A stretch of DNA of 64,000 nucleotides from Candidatus Aphodoplasma sp. (GCA_045626925.1 JAZUQZ010000026.1:956-64955); one strand, 5' to 3'. Counted from the stretch's first letter, positions 19,810 through 29,793 are shown. Program-made: numbers and translations. Notes: generated from the sequence alone by a model not told the origin.

Positions 19810-20970
19810 CTAATTTTTATCAATGTTAATTACCGTAAAATAATCGCAATACCATTCACTGACTTTTTCTTGAATACGCTCTGTCAGCGTATTATCATCC
19901 ATATCAAAGTCGAATGGGACAACGACATCAAAGATAAGGTTCGTATGTGTCGGGCCGCTGACCATTCTAAAATCGTGTATTGTAAGCTTATCATCTATAT
20001 TTAAAACAATTTCTTTAACCTTTTCTCGTGTTTGATTTATAATCTTGTTATCTGTTTCAATTGGGTCCATATGAATTACTGCGTCACATTTGAAGCGGCT
20101 GGAAAGCTCTTTTTCGAGCAAATCAATCGTATCGTGCAGAACTATCACATCGTCGCTTGCGCTTACTTCTGCATGGAGTGAAAGCATAAATCGTGTCGGA
20201 CCATAATTGTGTATAATTAAATCGTGTATGCCGATTATTCCTTCGTGTGCCAATACAATTTTGTGTATTTCGTCCACGAGCTCGCGACTTGGCGGTTGGC
20301 CAAGAAGTGGCGAAAGAGCATCTCTAATTGTTTGGTATCCGCAAAAAAGTATAAAGCCTGCCACAACAATGCCGATATACCCATCAAGCGAAAGTCCCGT
20401 GAACTTAAAAACGATTATACTTATAAGCACCGCAAGCGTTGCAACCGAGTCGCTTAGGCTGTCTTTTGCTGATGCAATAATCGATTGTGATGATATTTTG
20501 GTGCCGATTTTGTGATTAAAAAAGAACATCCAAAGCTTTACTATAATTGAAATAGAAAGTATTAAAACCGAAATTGGCGTATATATAATAGGTTCTGCAT
20601 TAAAAATTTTATCAAAAGATGTGCGCACAAGCTCTATTCCCATATAAAGTATTATAATTGCAACGAACAATGCAGAAATATATTCAATTCTGCCATGTCC
20701 ATATGGGTGTTGCTTGTCGGCAGGCTTGCTTGACATTTTAAAACCAATAAGTGTAATAATCGACGAAAGAGCATCGGAAAGGTTATTAAATGCGTCTGCA
20801 AATACTGCTATAGAAAAGCTTATTGCACCTGCGCACATTTTGATTATCGAAAGCAAAACATTAAGACATATGCCCATAATGCTGCCTAAAACACCATAAC
20901 TTTCGCGCACTTGTTCGCTAGACACATTTTCATAATCCTTTATAAAAAGCCTAAAAAGTAAGTTTGTCAT
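19810..20970 (-). CDS. Cation diffusion facilitator (CDF) family metal efflux transporter
   Basis: There are six TM segments, the motif FNNLSDALSS...HPYGHGRIEY and a C-terminal cytoplasmic domain. It lies 21 nt upstream of cca and is likely co-transcribed with it. Confidence 0.9.
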   Translation of the reverse strand: MTNLLFRLFIKDYENVSSEQVRESYGVLGSIMGICLNVLLSIIKMCAGAISFSIAVFADAFNNLSDALSSIITLIGFKMSSKPADKQHPYGHGRIEYISALFVAIIILYMGIELVRTSFDKIFNAEPIIYTPISVLILSISIIVKLWMFFFNHKIGTKISSQSIIASAKDSLSDSVATLAVLISIIVFKFTGLSLDGYIGIVVAGFILFCGYQTIRDALSPLLGQPPSRELVDEIHKIVLAHEGIIGIHDLIIHNYGPTRFMLSLHAEVSASDDVIVLHDTIDLLEKELSSRFKCDAVIHMDPIETDNKIINQTREKVKEIVLNIDDKLTIHDFRMVSGPTHTNLIFDVVVPFDFDMDDNTLTERIQEKVSEWYCDYFTVINIDKN

Positions 20971-21021
20971 TTTTTACTATCATACCCTTCAAAGCCTAAA
21001 ATATTAAACGAGATATAAAAA

Positions 21022-21050
21022 AGTATGCCATATAAAACCTTATTTGTCAA
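21022..21050 (-). promoter_or_regulatory. Candidate promoter of the CDF-cca unit (TTGACA-17 nt-CATACT)
   Basis: On the minus strand, TTGACA is the reverse complement of 21045-21050 and CATACT of 21022-21027. The -35 lies inside the 14-bp palindrome TGTCAAGTTTGACA. Confidence 0.35.
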
Positions 21051-21230
21051 GTTTGACATAGGGTTGGAGCATATATCAAACATATTATATAAACTGCACA
21101 AAAATGAGTTTTTTTCAGATATAAAATTTTGAGTAAAAAATTAAATATTTTGTGGAAAATTATGCAGAGTTCTGTTATAATAGAAAATAGGGTATATATG
21201 TGTATAAATATTTATTGGAGATGTATTGTC

Positions 21231-21890
21231 ATGTATAAATTTGAAACACATTGTCATACAAAAGAGGTAAGTTGTTGTGGCAAAATGAGTGCAGCAGATA
21301 TTGTTGAAGCTTATATTAAAAAAGGATATAGCGGTATTGCAATAACGGACCACTATACCACTGCCACTTTTTTGAAAAAGGAAAATCTTAAAACGAGTGA
21401 AATCGCGGACCATTTTCTAACCGGATATAGGGCTGCACTTGAAGCGTCAAACGGCAGACTCGATATAATTTTGGGAATGGAGATTACATTTTACGAAAAC
21501 AACAATGACTACCTTGTATATGGCGTGACGGAAGAGTTTTTAAAAAAATATACAAATTTAATGGATATGGGCATTGAACGCTTTTGCAAGCTTGCACACA
21601 AAAACGGTATGGTCGTATTTGCCGCGCATCCATTCAGAAACGCTATGACCATAATTCGTCCATCGACTCTTGATGGTATTGAAGTGCATAACGGCAACAA
21701 GCGCCACGATTCGCGAAATGAAATGGCTTATCTTTGGGCACAAAAGTTTGGTTTGGCGATGAGCAGCGGGTCTGATTGTCATCAAAAGGCGGATGTTGGC
21801 CGTGGTGGAATCATAACAAAAAAGCGCATAACAAATTCACAAATGCTTATTGATGCTCTTTTAGGCGATAAGAAAGAGCTTATTAGATAA
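21231..21890 (+). CDS. PHP-domain metal-dependent phosphoesterase
   Basis: Motifs FETHCHT..., ITDHY and AAHPFR are present. The ATG at 21231 follows a GGAG RBS. I rejected the longer TTG-initiated ORF. Confidence 0.8.
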   Translation: MYKFETHCHTKEVSCCGKMSAADIVEAYIKKGYSGIAITDHYTTATFLKKENLKTSEIADHFLTGYRAALEASNGRLDIILGMEITFYENNNDYLVYGVTEEFLKKYTNLMDMGIERFCKLAHKNGMVVFAAHPFRNAMTIIRPSTLDGIEVHNGNKRHDSRNEMAYLWAQKFGLAMSSGSDCHQKADVGRGGIITKKRITNSQMLIDALLGDKKELIR

Positions 21891-21910
21891 ATACGATTGG
21901 AGAAAAATAA

Positions 21911-22843
21911 ATGGAATTATCATCAGTGGTTGCAACTCAGGTTTTAATAATGTTTCTTGTTATTTTGCTTGGTTTTATAATCAAAAAAAGTAAAATTGTA
22001 ACCCAAAAGGGCGCCAAACAGCTTTCGGATATACTTCTTCTTTTTGTTACGCCGTGTGTTATAATTGAATCATATCAGGTTGATTTTAGAGCTGATTTGG
22101 CATTTAAACTCATAATAGCTTTTGCTTTTGCGGTAATTATTATGTTTTTAGCAGTAGGTGTGGCACGACTCGTATACTTTAAAGACAAATCACAAGCTGC
22201 TATTATAAACAAATTTGCTATGGCATATCCAAACTGTGGCTTTATGGGTATACCTCTTTTAGATGCGGTGCTTGGCTCTACCGGTGTTTTTTTCGGTTCG
22301 GCATATGTTGCCGTATTTAATGTTTTTAACTGGACACATGGAGTTGTGCTTTTTAATCCTGACAAAAAGGGGCTTTCAATCAAAAAAATATTGATTAACC
22401 CCGGCATAATTGGCGTAACAGTTGGGCTGATATTGTTTTTTGCACAGATAAAACTCCCTTATGTTGTTTTTACTGCGGTAAGCTATATAGCAGACCTCAA
22501 CACGCCGCTTGCCATGGTTTTGATTGGTATGTTTTTAGCAGATGTGGATTTTAAGGCGGCGTTTTGCAAAATAAACCTTTACATAGTGTCCGCTTTTCGT
22601 CTTATAATCATTCCTATAATAGCAATATTTATCTTAAAGCTTTCGTTTGTTCCACAGGAGGTTGCGACTGCGCTTATAATACTTGCATCTTGTCCAACCG
22701 CGACAGTTACAACGCTTTTTGCAGCAAAATATGATAATGATGCGTGTTATGCGTCCGAACTTGTTGCTATAAATACACTTGTGTCGATAGTAACGCTTCC
22801 TTTGATGGTGGCGTTTGCCACACTGATTCCTGCACTCTTTTGA
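21911..22843 (+). CDS. AEC (auxin efflux carrier) family permease
   Basis: This is a roughly 10-TM hydrophobic protein with AEC-like N- and C-terminal halves. Confidence 0.8.
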   Translation: MELSSVVATQVLIMFLVILLGFIIKKSKIVTQKGAKQLSDILLLFVTPCVIIESYQVDFRADLAFKLIIAFAFAVIIMFLAVGVARLVYFKDKSQAAIINKFAMAYPNCGFMGIPLLDAVLGSTGVFFGSAYVAVFNVFNWTHGVVLFNPDKKGLSIKKILINPGIIGVTVGLILFFAQIKLPYVVFTAVSYIADLNTPLAMVLIGMFLADVDFKAAFCKINLYIVSAFRLIIIPIIAIFILKLSFVPQEVATALIILASCPTATVTTLFAAKYDNDACYASELVAINTLVSIVTLPLMVAFATLIPALF

Positions 22844-22884
22844 TATATTTGTCATATAAACACGAAACAAACTGGTGATGGAAA

Positions 22885-24483
22885 ATGATTAGAATAAATG
22901 GTATTAAAATACAAATCAATAGCGATATAGAAAAAGCATTGTATATTAAAGCTGCGCAAATATTACGCATTAGTGAAGATGAAATTCTAATCTGCAAGCT
23001 TGTAAAAAAATCAGTTGATGCAAGAAAAAAATATGATATACACTATGTGTGCAGCGCTGATGTGACACTAAAATGTGATGAAGACAAGGTGCTTTTAAAG
23101 GCCAAGAATCCATCTGTTATAAAAATAGAGCCGACTATATTTGAAATTATAAAACCAAAAAAACTTCCCGATTTGTTTCCTGTTGTATGTGGTTTTGGAC
23201 CTGCGGGGATGTTTTGTGCGCTTCTTCTTGCAAGGGCAGGCTTTAGGCCTATTGTTGTTGAGCGTGGAGGCGATGTTGATACGCGCACAAAAGCTGTTAA
23301 TAGTTTTTTTAATGGTGGTTTACTTGATACAAATAATAATGTCCAGTTTGGTGAAGGTGGTGCAGGGACATTTTCTGATGGAAAGCTTACCTGTGGCATA
23401 AATGATAATAGAATGAGTTTTATTTTATCGGAGTTTGTCCGTTTTGGTGCAAATGAAGATATTTTATATATGGCAAAGCCACATATCGGCACAGATGTGC
23501 TTAAAAAAGTTGTAAAAAACCTTCGAAAAGAGATAATATCTCTTGGTGGAAGGATATATTTTAATACGCGCCTTTGTGATATAAAGATGAAAAACGGTGC
23601 GATAAATAAAATTTTATGTTCAACACCCGATGGGGAGATTGAGTTTGATACTAATATGCTCGTTATGGCAATCGGGCATAGCGCACGCGACACATTTGAG
23701 CTTCTTTACAATAAGGGAATTGCACTTGTGCAAAAGCAGTTTTCAATGGGAGTTAGAATTGAGCATTTGCAGAGCACGATTGATTTTGCAAGATATGGCG
23801 ACGCGTCAAAAAGCGCTATTCTTGGAGCAGCTGATTATAAGTTGTCGTGCAAACTAAAGAACGGAAGAGGCGTCTATACATTTTGCATGTGTCCGGGTGG
23901 GAGCGTTGTTGCGGCAACATCGGAGAAAGAGGGCATTGTAACAAATGGTATGAGTCTTCGCGCGCGTGATGGTATAAATTCTAACGCGGCACTTTTGTGT
24001 GATGTATTGCCGAGTGATTTTAAGAGTGAACACCCACTTGCCGGTGTTGAGTTTCAACGAAAATGGGAAAAAGCAGCATATATTTTAGGTCAAAAGAGCT
24101 ATAAAGCACCGACAAATCTTGTTGGCGCATTTTTACAAAGCAAGGTTGCAAGTGAGTATGGAAAGGTTTTGCCGACATATAAGCCGGGGACTGTGCTTGC
24201 AAATCTTGATGAATGTATGCCACGCTTTGTTACAGACTCGCTCAGGGAGGCCATCCCGATTCTTGATAGAAAAATTCATGGTTTTGCAGATGATGATGCG
24301 GTAATGACGGGCGTTGAAACACGCTCATCATCGCCGGTGCGAATTGTTCGAACAAAAAATTTTGAAATTGAAAACACAGGCATTTTCCCGTGTGGCGAGG
24401 GTGCAGGTTATGCAGGCGGAATAATGAGTGCATCACTTGATGGAATAAAAGTTGCATGTGAAATAATTGAAAGATATGGTTGA
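22885..24483 (+). CDS. FAD/NAD(P)-binding oxidoreductase (COG2509-type uncharacterised flavoprotein)
   Basis: A Rossmann GxGxxG motif (CGFGPAGMFCALLLARAG) and the family's typical C-terminal CGEGAGYAGGI motif are present. Confidence 0.85.
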   Translation: MIRINGIKIQINSDIEKALYIKAAQILRISEDEILICKLVKKSVDARKKYDIHYVCSADVTLKCDEDKVLLKAKNPSVIKIEPTIFEIIKPKKLPDLFPVVCGFGPAGMFCALLLARAGFRPIVVERGGDVDTRTKAVNSFFNGGLLDTNNNVQFGEGGAGTFSDGKLTCGINDNRMSFILSEFVRFGANEDILYMAKPHIGTDVLKKVVKNLRKEIISLGGRIYFNTRLCDIKMKNGAINKILCSTPDGEIEFDTNMLVMAIGHSARDTFELLYNKGIALVQKQFSMGVRIEHLQSTIDFARYGDASKSAILGAADYKLSCKLKNGRGVYTFCMCPGGSVVAATSEKEGIVTNGMSLRARDGINSNAALLCDVLPSDFKSEHPLAGVEFQRKWEKAAYILGQKSYKAPTNLVGAFLQSKVASEYGKVLPTYKPGTVLANLDECMPRFVTDSLREAIPILDRKIHGFADDDAVMTGVETRSSSPVRIVRTKNFEIENTGIFPCGEGAGYAGGIMSASLDGIKVACEIIERYG

Positions 24484-24529
24484 TGTTTGGTATCGATTTT
24501 GCGGGCGTATTAAAAAATAGGGGTGCAAA

Positions 24530-25267
24530 ATGAAAGTTGTAGATATGCATGCTCATCTTTGGCTAAGCAATTATGAAAAAAACAAAAGCGACATTTTAAA
24601 AGGAATAGAAGATTATAATATTGATATGGTTTTTGTTTCGGGACTCGTATCATATATGCCTGACAAAGATAGCGTAGAAAAAGTCAACAATGAGGTTTAT
24701 AAATTTGCAAAGGGAAATCCAAATCACATAAAAGCCTATACATATATAAGCCCGGAACACAATAATGCGTTGGATATGATGATGCGTGGCATTGAAGATA
24801 ATGGCGCAATCGGCACAAAAATTTGGGTTTCAGAAAAGTGCGATGCTATGACAATAAATCCTATTGCGGAAAAAAGCATCGAATACGATTTGCCGATTTT
24901 AATTCATGCATTTAAAAAGAGTATGGGCGAAGTTGCAAACGAAAGCACTGCAGTAAATGTACGAAATCTTGCACTTCGCTATCCAAAGCTTAAAATTATT
25001 ATGGCTCATGTTGGTGGCAATGCGTATCACGCAATTCCGCTGATAAAGGATTTAAAGAATGTGTGGGTTGATATAAGCGGAACAGATTTTCATGGCGATT
25101 TTTTGCCATACACGCTTGAAAACATAGGTGCAAAGCGTATTATGTTTGGCAGTGATGGAGCGGGGGCATATCTTACTACTCTTGGGCAGGTGCTTGATGC
25201 AGATATGACTGATTGTGAGAGTGAACAAATTTTATATAAAAATGCTAAAGCGCTTTTCAATTTGTAA
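24530..25267 (+). CDS. Amidohydrolase_2 (TIM-barrel metal-dependent hydrolase), ligand set intact
   Basis: The metal-ligand motifs are present: DMHAHLW (HxH), LIHAF, MAHVGG and FGSDG. Confidence 0.85.
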   Translation: MKVVDMHAHLWLSNYEKNKSDILKGIEDYNIDMVFVSGLVSYMPDKDSVEKVNNEVYKFAKGNPNHIKAYTYISPEHNNALDMMMRGIEDNGAIGTKIWVSEKCDAMTINPIAEKSIEYDLPILIHAFKKSMGEVANESTAVNVRNLALRYPKLKIIMAHVGGNAYHAIPLIKDLKNVWVDISGTDFHGDFLPYTLENIGAKRIMFGSDGAGAYLTTLGQVLDADMTDCESEQILYKNAKALFNL

Positions 25268-25283
25268 ATAAGGGGAAAAGAAA

Positions 25284-26045
25284 ATGATTGACTTTAATTG
25301 TTTTTCGGGGAATTGGCCATTTCACAAGGTTAGAAATAATACATTTGAAAAGATTAGAAAAGCACATATTGACAACAATATAGAATATGGATATATTTCA
25401 TCACTTGAATCAATCTTTTATAATGATTTTTTCGAGTCAGAGTCAGAGCTTTATCATAAAATAAAAAACACAAACTATAAACAAGTTATAACAGTTAATC
25501 CAATGCTTGATGGATGTATAGAAAATATTATGCGTTGCATAAGGGAATTTGATATAGCGGGCATAAGGCTTTTGCCTGGTTTTCACGGTTATACACTAGA
25601 TTGCGATATATTAAAACCTGTGCTTGAAATTGTAAGAGAATATAAGCTTCCTGTTTTTCTTAATTTAAGAATGGAAGACGAGAGAGTTTTGCATATGTTT
25701 GAGCCAAAGACAGTAGAAACGGATGATATCGAGCGCTTTATCAAACAAAATAATGATATAACTATTCTTTTGTGCAATATTCGCATCCATGAAATTATGA
25801 AAATCAGGGATAGTATTATAAATTGTCCAAAGGTTTTTTGCGACACATCGGGGCTTAAGGGGTGGAGATTTGATGAAGAAGAATTAGGCGATGTTACAAA
25901 TCGAATCATATATGGTTCGCTTGCACCGATTTTTGCACTGAAAAGTACAGTGCTTTTTGTTGAAAAGGGCATTTGTAATAATAAAACAAAGGAAATGATA
26001 AAAAGCGGAGCAAATTTTCTTTTATCGATAAATGATAAAATATGA
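25284..26045 (+). CDS. Amidohydrolase-related protein lacking the metal-ligand motifs
   Basis: Length and layout match the upstream paralog. However, FNCF replaces HxH and YGSLAP replaces FGSDG. It lies 16 nt downstream of the intact copy. Confidence 0.6.
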   Translation: MIDFNCFSGNWPFHKVRNNTFEKIRKAHIDNNIEYGYISSLESIFYNDFFESESELYHKIKNTNYKQVITVNPMLDGCIENIMRCIREFDIAGIRLLPGFHGYTLDCDILKPVLEIVREYKLPVFLNLRMEDERVLHMFEPKTVETDDIERFIKQNNDITILLCNIRIHEIMKIRDSIINCPKVFCDTSGLKGWRFDEEELGDVTNRIIYGSLAPIFALKSTVLFVEKGICNNKTKEMIKSGANFLLSINDKI

Positions 26046-26096
26046 TATAGGGCCAAAAATAAGTGTTAAAAATTATATGAAAAGGGAAAAATAATT

Positions 26097-27938
26097 ATGA
26101 TAGATAAAATGGATAAAATTTTAATGTCAGTACAAAAGCCTGTTCAATACACAGGTGGCGAGCTTGGCATGATAAAAAAGAATCCGAACGATGTAGACAT
26201 ACGCTTTGCGTTTTGCTTTCCGGACAATTATGAGGTTGGCATGTCGCATCTTGGGATGAAGATTTTATATCATTTATTAAATGAACGCGACGATACATAT
26301 TGCGAGCGCGTATTTGCACCGTGGCCGGATATGGAGCAAAAAATGCGCGAAAATGATATAAAGCTTTTTTCGCTCGAAACAAAAACAAGCGTGTGCGATT
26401 TTGATATAGTTGGCTTTACGCTTATGTATGAACTTTGTTATTCAAATGTTATAAATATGCTTGACCTTGCAGGCATTGGGCTAAAAAGTAGTGAAAGAGA
26501 TGAAAATGCGCCGTTTATTTGTGCTGGCGGACCATGTGCATACAACCCTGAACCACTTGCTGAAATTATTGATTTTTTTATAATGGGCGAGGGAGAAGAG
26601 GTCATGGGCGAGCTTATGGACGCATACAAAGTGTGGAAAAAAAGCGGAGAAGCTCGTATAAAATTTTTGGAAGCGATATGCGAAATAGAGGGCATATATG
26701 TCCCTGCATTTTATGATGTAAAATATAATGATAATGGCACAATAGCATCGTTTGTGCCGAACAGAGCGTGCGCAAAACCAAAGATTAGAAAGCGTATTAT
26801 ACGCAACTTTGACAATTCATATTTTCCGGAGGCGCTTATTGTACCGTATGGCGAAACGGTGCATGATAGAGTTACTCTTGAAATTTTTCGCGGTTGTATA
26901 CGAGGTTGCCGTTTTTGCCAGGCGGGATATGTTTATCGTCCGGTGCGTGAAAAAAGTGCAGACAAGCTTATAGAGCTTGCCAAAAAACTCGTTTCTCAAA
27001 CAGGTTATGAGGAAATTTCGCTATGCTCGCTTAGTACAAGCGATTATAGCGAGCTTGCATCGCTTACAGAAGGACTTTTGGATGAAGCGTATAAAAAGAA
27101 GGTAAACCTGTCTTTGCCGTCGCTTCGTATTGATAATTTTTCGTTAGACCTTATGGAAAAGGTACAAACTGTACGCAAAAGTGGAATCACTTTTGCACCA
27201 GAGGCAGGGAGCCAGCGCCTTCGCGATGTTATAAAAAAAGGTGTTACCGAGCAGGACTTGCTTTCTTCTGTTTCGATGATATTTTCCGGTGGTTGGACAA
27301 ATGTAAAATTATATTTTATGATAGGTCTTCCGACAGAAACAAGCGAGGATATTGTCGGCATTGGCGAGCTTGCAAAAAAGGTGCTTGACGCATATTACTC
27401 TATGCCAAATGAAAAACGCCACGGTGCACCGCGCATAAGCGTAAGCGCATCTACTTTTGTACCAAAGCCATTTACACCATTCCAATGGGAAGCACAAGAT
27501 AATATTGAGATGATTTATGAAAAACAAGCTATTGCACGAAACTCTATCAAGTCAAAACAAATAAAATTTAGCTGGCATGATGCTGAAACAAGCTTTTTAG
27601 AGGGCGTGTTTGCTCGTGGTGACAGAAAGCTCTCAAGCGTTTTAATTGCGGCTCATAAAAATGGTTGCAAGTTTGATGGTTGGAATGAGTATTTTAACTT
27701 TGATGCGTGGCAAAAATCGTTTGAAGAATGTGGCGTAGATGCAACATTTTATAATCAACGCAAACGAAACTTTGATGAAATTCTTCCGTGGGACCATATA
27801 GATGTCGGTGTTGGCAAGGCCTTCTTAGAAAAAGAAGCACGCCTTGGATACGAAGAAAAACTTACACCAAATTGTCGCGAAGAGTGCACGAATTGTGGCG
27901 TCGCATGCTTTAAAGGGGGGATTTGCGTTGAAAGGTAA
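26097..27938 (+). CDS. Radical SAM protein with N-terminal B12-binding-like domain (TIGR03960-type)
   Basis: The radical SAM cluster motif is CIRGCRFCQAGY. The N-terminus (VQKPVQYTGGELG) is typical of the family. A C-terminal Cys cluster (CREECTNCGVAC) is also present. Confidence 0.88.
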   Translation: MIDKMDKILMSVQKPVQYTGGELGMIKKNPNDVDIRFAFCFPDNYEVGMSHLGMKILYHLLNERDDTYCERVFAPWPDMEQKMRENDIKLFSLETKTSVCDFDIVGFTLMYELCYSNVINMLDLAGIGLKSSERDENAPFICAGGPCAYNPEPLAEIIDFFIMGEGEEVMGELMDAYKVWKKSGEARIKFLEAICEIEGIYVPAFYDVKYNDNGTIASFVPNRACAKPKIRKRIIRNFDNSYFPEALIVPYGETVHDRVTLEIFRGCIRGCRFCQAGYVYRPVREKSADKLIELAKKLVSQTGYEEISLCSLSTSDYSELASLTEGLLDEAYKKKVNLSLPSLRIDNFSLDLMEKVQTVRKSGITFAPEAGSQRLRDVIKKGVTEQDLLSSVSMIFSGGWTNVKLYFMIGLPTETSEDIVGIGELAKKVLDAYYSMPNEKRHGAPRISVSASTFVPKPFTPFQWEAQDNIEMIYEKQAIARNSIKSKQIKFSWHDAETSFLEGVFARGDRKLSSVLIAAHKNGCKFDGWNEYFNFDAWQKSFEECGVDATFYNQRKRNFDEILPWDHIDVGVGKAFLEKEARLGYEEKLTPNCREECTNCGVACFKGGICVER

Positions 27939-28596
27939 TTACACATACAGATTGCGTTATGAAAAAACACCTGCCGTTCGCTATATCTCTCATCTTGATT
28001 TTGTTCGTGTTTTAAATCGTACTGTAAGACGCAGCGGACTTCCTGTAACATATACAGAGGGTTTTAATCCGCATCCCGTTATGATGGTTGCAATGCCGTT
28101 ATCTGTTGGTGTTACAAGTGAAGATGAATATATAGATATTGATTTTGATGAGTATGTCGATGAAAACATTATGATGCAGCGTTTCAACCAAGCGTTTGGT
28201 GATGGCATTGTTGTAAGAGAGGCAAAGAGTATCAAAGAGGGTGATTTGAGCCTTAAAAAGCTCAACGAGGCAAAATATAGAGTGATTGTAGAGCAAAAAG
28301 GGACCGCCGCCCCCGACATAGAAACATTTTTATCGCGTGAGAGTATTGTTGTATCAAAAAAAACCAAAAGCGCGATAAAGGATGTTGACATAAAAAAAGA
28401 TATTAAAGAGCTAAAAATAGCAAGCATAGAGGGCAATTACATCGTATTAGATATATATGTACCCGCAGGGAATGAATACAATTTAAAACCTGAGCTTGTT
28501 ATCGAGGCGATGGATAAATATATCGACGGTTTTGATGTAGTTTTTGTGCAAAGTCACAGAACGGCTTTGCTTTGTGATGGCAAAAGATTTATTTAA
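27928..28596 (+). CDS. DUF2344 / TIGR03936-type radical-SAM-associated protein
   Basis: The sequence RLRYEKTPAVRYISHLDFVRVLNRTVRRSGLPV..TEGFNPHP is present. The TTG at 27928 follows an AAGGGGGG RBS and overlaps the upstream stop by 11 nt. The longer ORF from 27844 lies inside the upstream gene. Confidence 0.85.
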   Translation: MKGNYTYRLRYEKTPAVRYISHLDFVRVLNRTVRRSGLPVTYTEGFNPHPVMMVAMPLSVGVTSEDEYIDIDFDEYVDENIMMQRFNQAFGDGIVVREAKSIKEGDLSLKKLNEAKYRVIVEQKGTAAPDIETFLSRESIVVSKKTKSAIKDVDIKKDIKELKIASIEGNYIVLDIYVPAGNEYNLKPELVIEAMDKYIDGFDVVFVQSHRTALLCDGKRFI

Positions 28597-28621
28597 TATA
28601 AACTATAGGGGAGGATTTAAA

Positions 28622-29008
28622 ATGGTAAAAGGTATCGAACATGTAGCAATTTTTTCAAAGGACACAAAGGCACTTTCGGATTGGTATAAGGATATGTTTT
28701 CTCTTAGAATTGTTTATGACAATGGTAAAGGTACATATTTTGCGGCTTTTGAGAGTGGAGATATGATTGAGTTTGTAAAAACAGACATAACAGATGAAAA
28801 GAAGCATTACCAAACAGAAGGCATACGCCATCTTGCACTTACAATAGATGATGACAAATTTGAACCGATGGTGGATAAGCTAAAAGCTGCAGGCGTAGAG
28901 GTTGTAGTTGATGTAGCTGTAAGCTCGAGCGGAATAAAAACATTTTTGTTCCGTGATATTGATTCAAATCTTTGCCATTTGATAGTGCGTCCAACACCGC
29001 TTGTATAA
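28622..29008 (+). CDS. VOC / glyoxalase-family protein
   Basis: IEHVAIFSKD...GIRHLAL...FRD motifs typical of the VOC fold are present. The ATG follows a GGGAGGA RBS. Confidence 0.8.
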   Translation: MVKGIEHVAIFSKDTKALSDWYKDMFSLRIVYDNGKGTYFAAFESGDMIEFVKTDITDEKKHYQTEGIRHLALTIDDDKFEPMVDKLKAAGVEVVVDVAVSSSGIKTFLFRDIDSNLCHLIVRPTPLV

Positions 29009-29041
29009 AGATTTTGATATAAAATAGTGGGAGGGATAGAT

Positions 29042-29680
29042 ATGGAATCAGTTAAAAGGTGGCAACGCGAGTGTGCCGCAAAAGAAATAATAGATGTGCT
29101 TAAGGATAAAGGTTATAATGCTATTTATGTTGAAAATGCAGATGCGTTGCGTGCTACAGTAGCTTCGATAATACCACAAGGGGCAAGTGTTGCCGTTGGT
29201 GGAAGTATTACACTTGATGAAACAGGTATACTTTCTGACATAAAAAGTGGGGCATACAATTATATTGACAGATATAACCAGCCAAGCGCAGAAGAAACAC
29301 ACAACAAGTTTCGTGAAAGTTTTAATGCCGATTATTTTGTGACAAGCACAAATGCAATCACGAAAAATGGTGAGCTTATCAATATTGATGGCAGGGGAAA
29401 CAGAGTGGCGGCAATGACATTTGGCCCTAAGAATGTAATTGTAGTTGCAGGAGCAAACAAAATTGTTCGTGACATAAATGCAGGCATAGCACGAGCAAAA
29501 GAGATTGCACCAATTAACGCAAAGAGATTGAATCGCCAGACGCCGTGTGCAATAGATGGCAAATGTCACGATTGCAAATCGGAACAAAGAATATGTAATA
29601 TAACTAATATAATACATAATTGTTATAATTCCAGAAATAGAATTACGATAATTCTTGTGCCGGAAGTGCTTGGCTTTTAG
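29042..29680 (+). CDS. LUD-domain (DUF162, LutC/YkgG-like) protein
   Basis: The sequence has an LUD-like core (VAVGGSITLDETGI...VTSTNAITKNGELINIDGRGNRVAAMTFGP) and a C-terminal CxxxxxCxxC segment. Confidence 0.75.
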   Translation: MESVKRWQRECAAKEIIDVLKDKGYNAIYVENADALRATVASIIPQGASVAVGGSITLDETGILSDIKSGAYNYIDRYNQPSAEETHNKFRESFNADYFVTSTNAITKNGELINIDGRGNRVAAMTFGPKNVIVVAGANKIVRDINAGIARAKEIAPINAKRLNRQTPCAIDGKCHDCKSEQRICNITNIIHNCYNSRNRITIILVPEVLGF

Positions 29681-29743
29681 TGCTAACACAAACACAGCAA
29701 GCGTCTGGCTACAAAGGAAAGCGTTGAAATTTCACTTAATAAA

Positions 29744-29780
29744 ATAAAAAGTCGCTCACAATTGTGGGCGACTTTTTTTA
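29744..29780. terminator. Bidirectional terminator between the LUD gene and valS
   Basis: The stem AAAAAGTCGCTCAC-aatt-GTGGGCGACTTTTT is flanked by A and T runs. Confidence 0.65.
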
Positions 29781-29793
29781 TTAAAAGAACAAA

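Noticed and set aside
29048-29695. A 215-aa ORF lies antisense to, and almost exactly co-extensive with, the LUD-domain gene.
   Set aside because: It has no RBS. Its composition is dominated by Cys, Tyr, Ile, Asn and Phe, as expected from reading AT-rich codons backwards. The sense frame has clear LUD-family motifs and a proper RBS.
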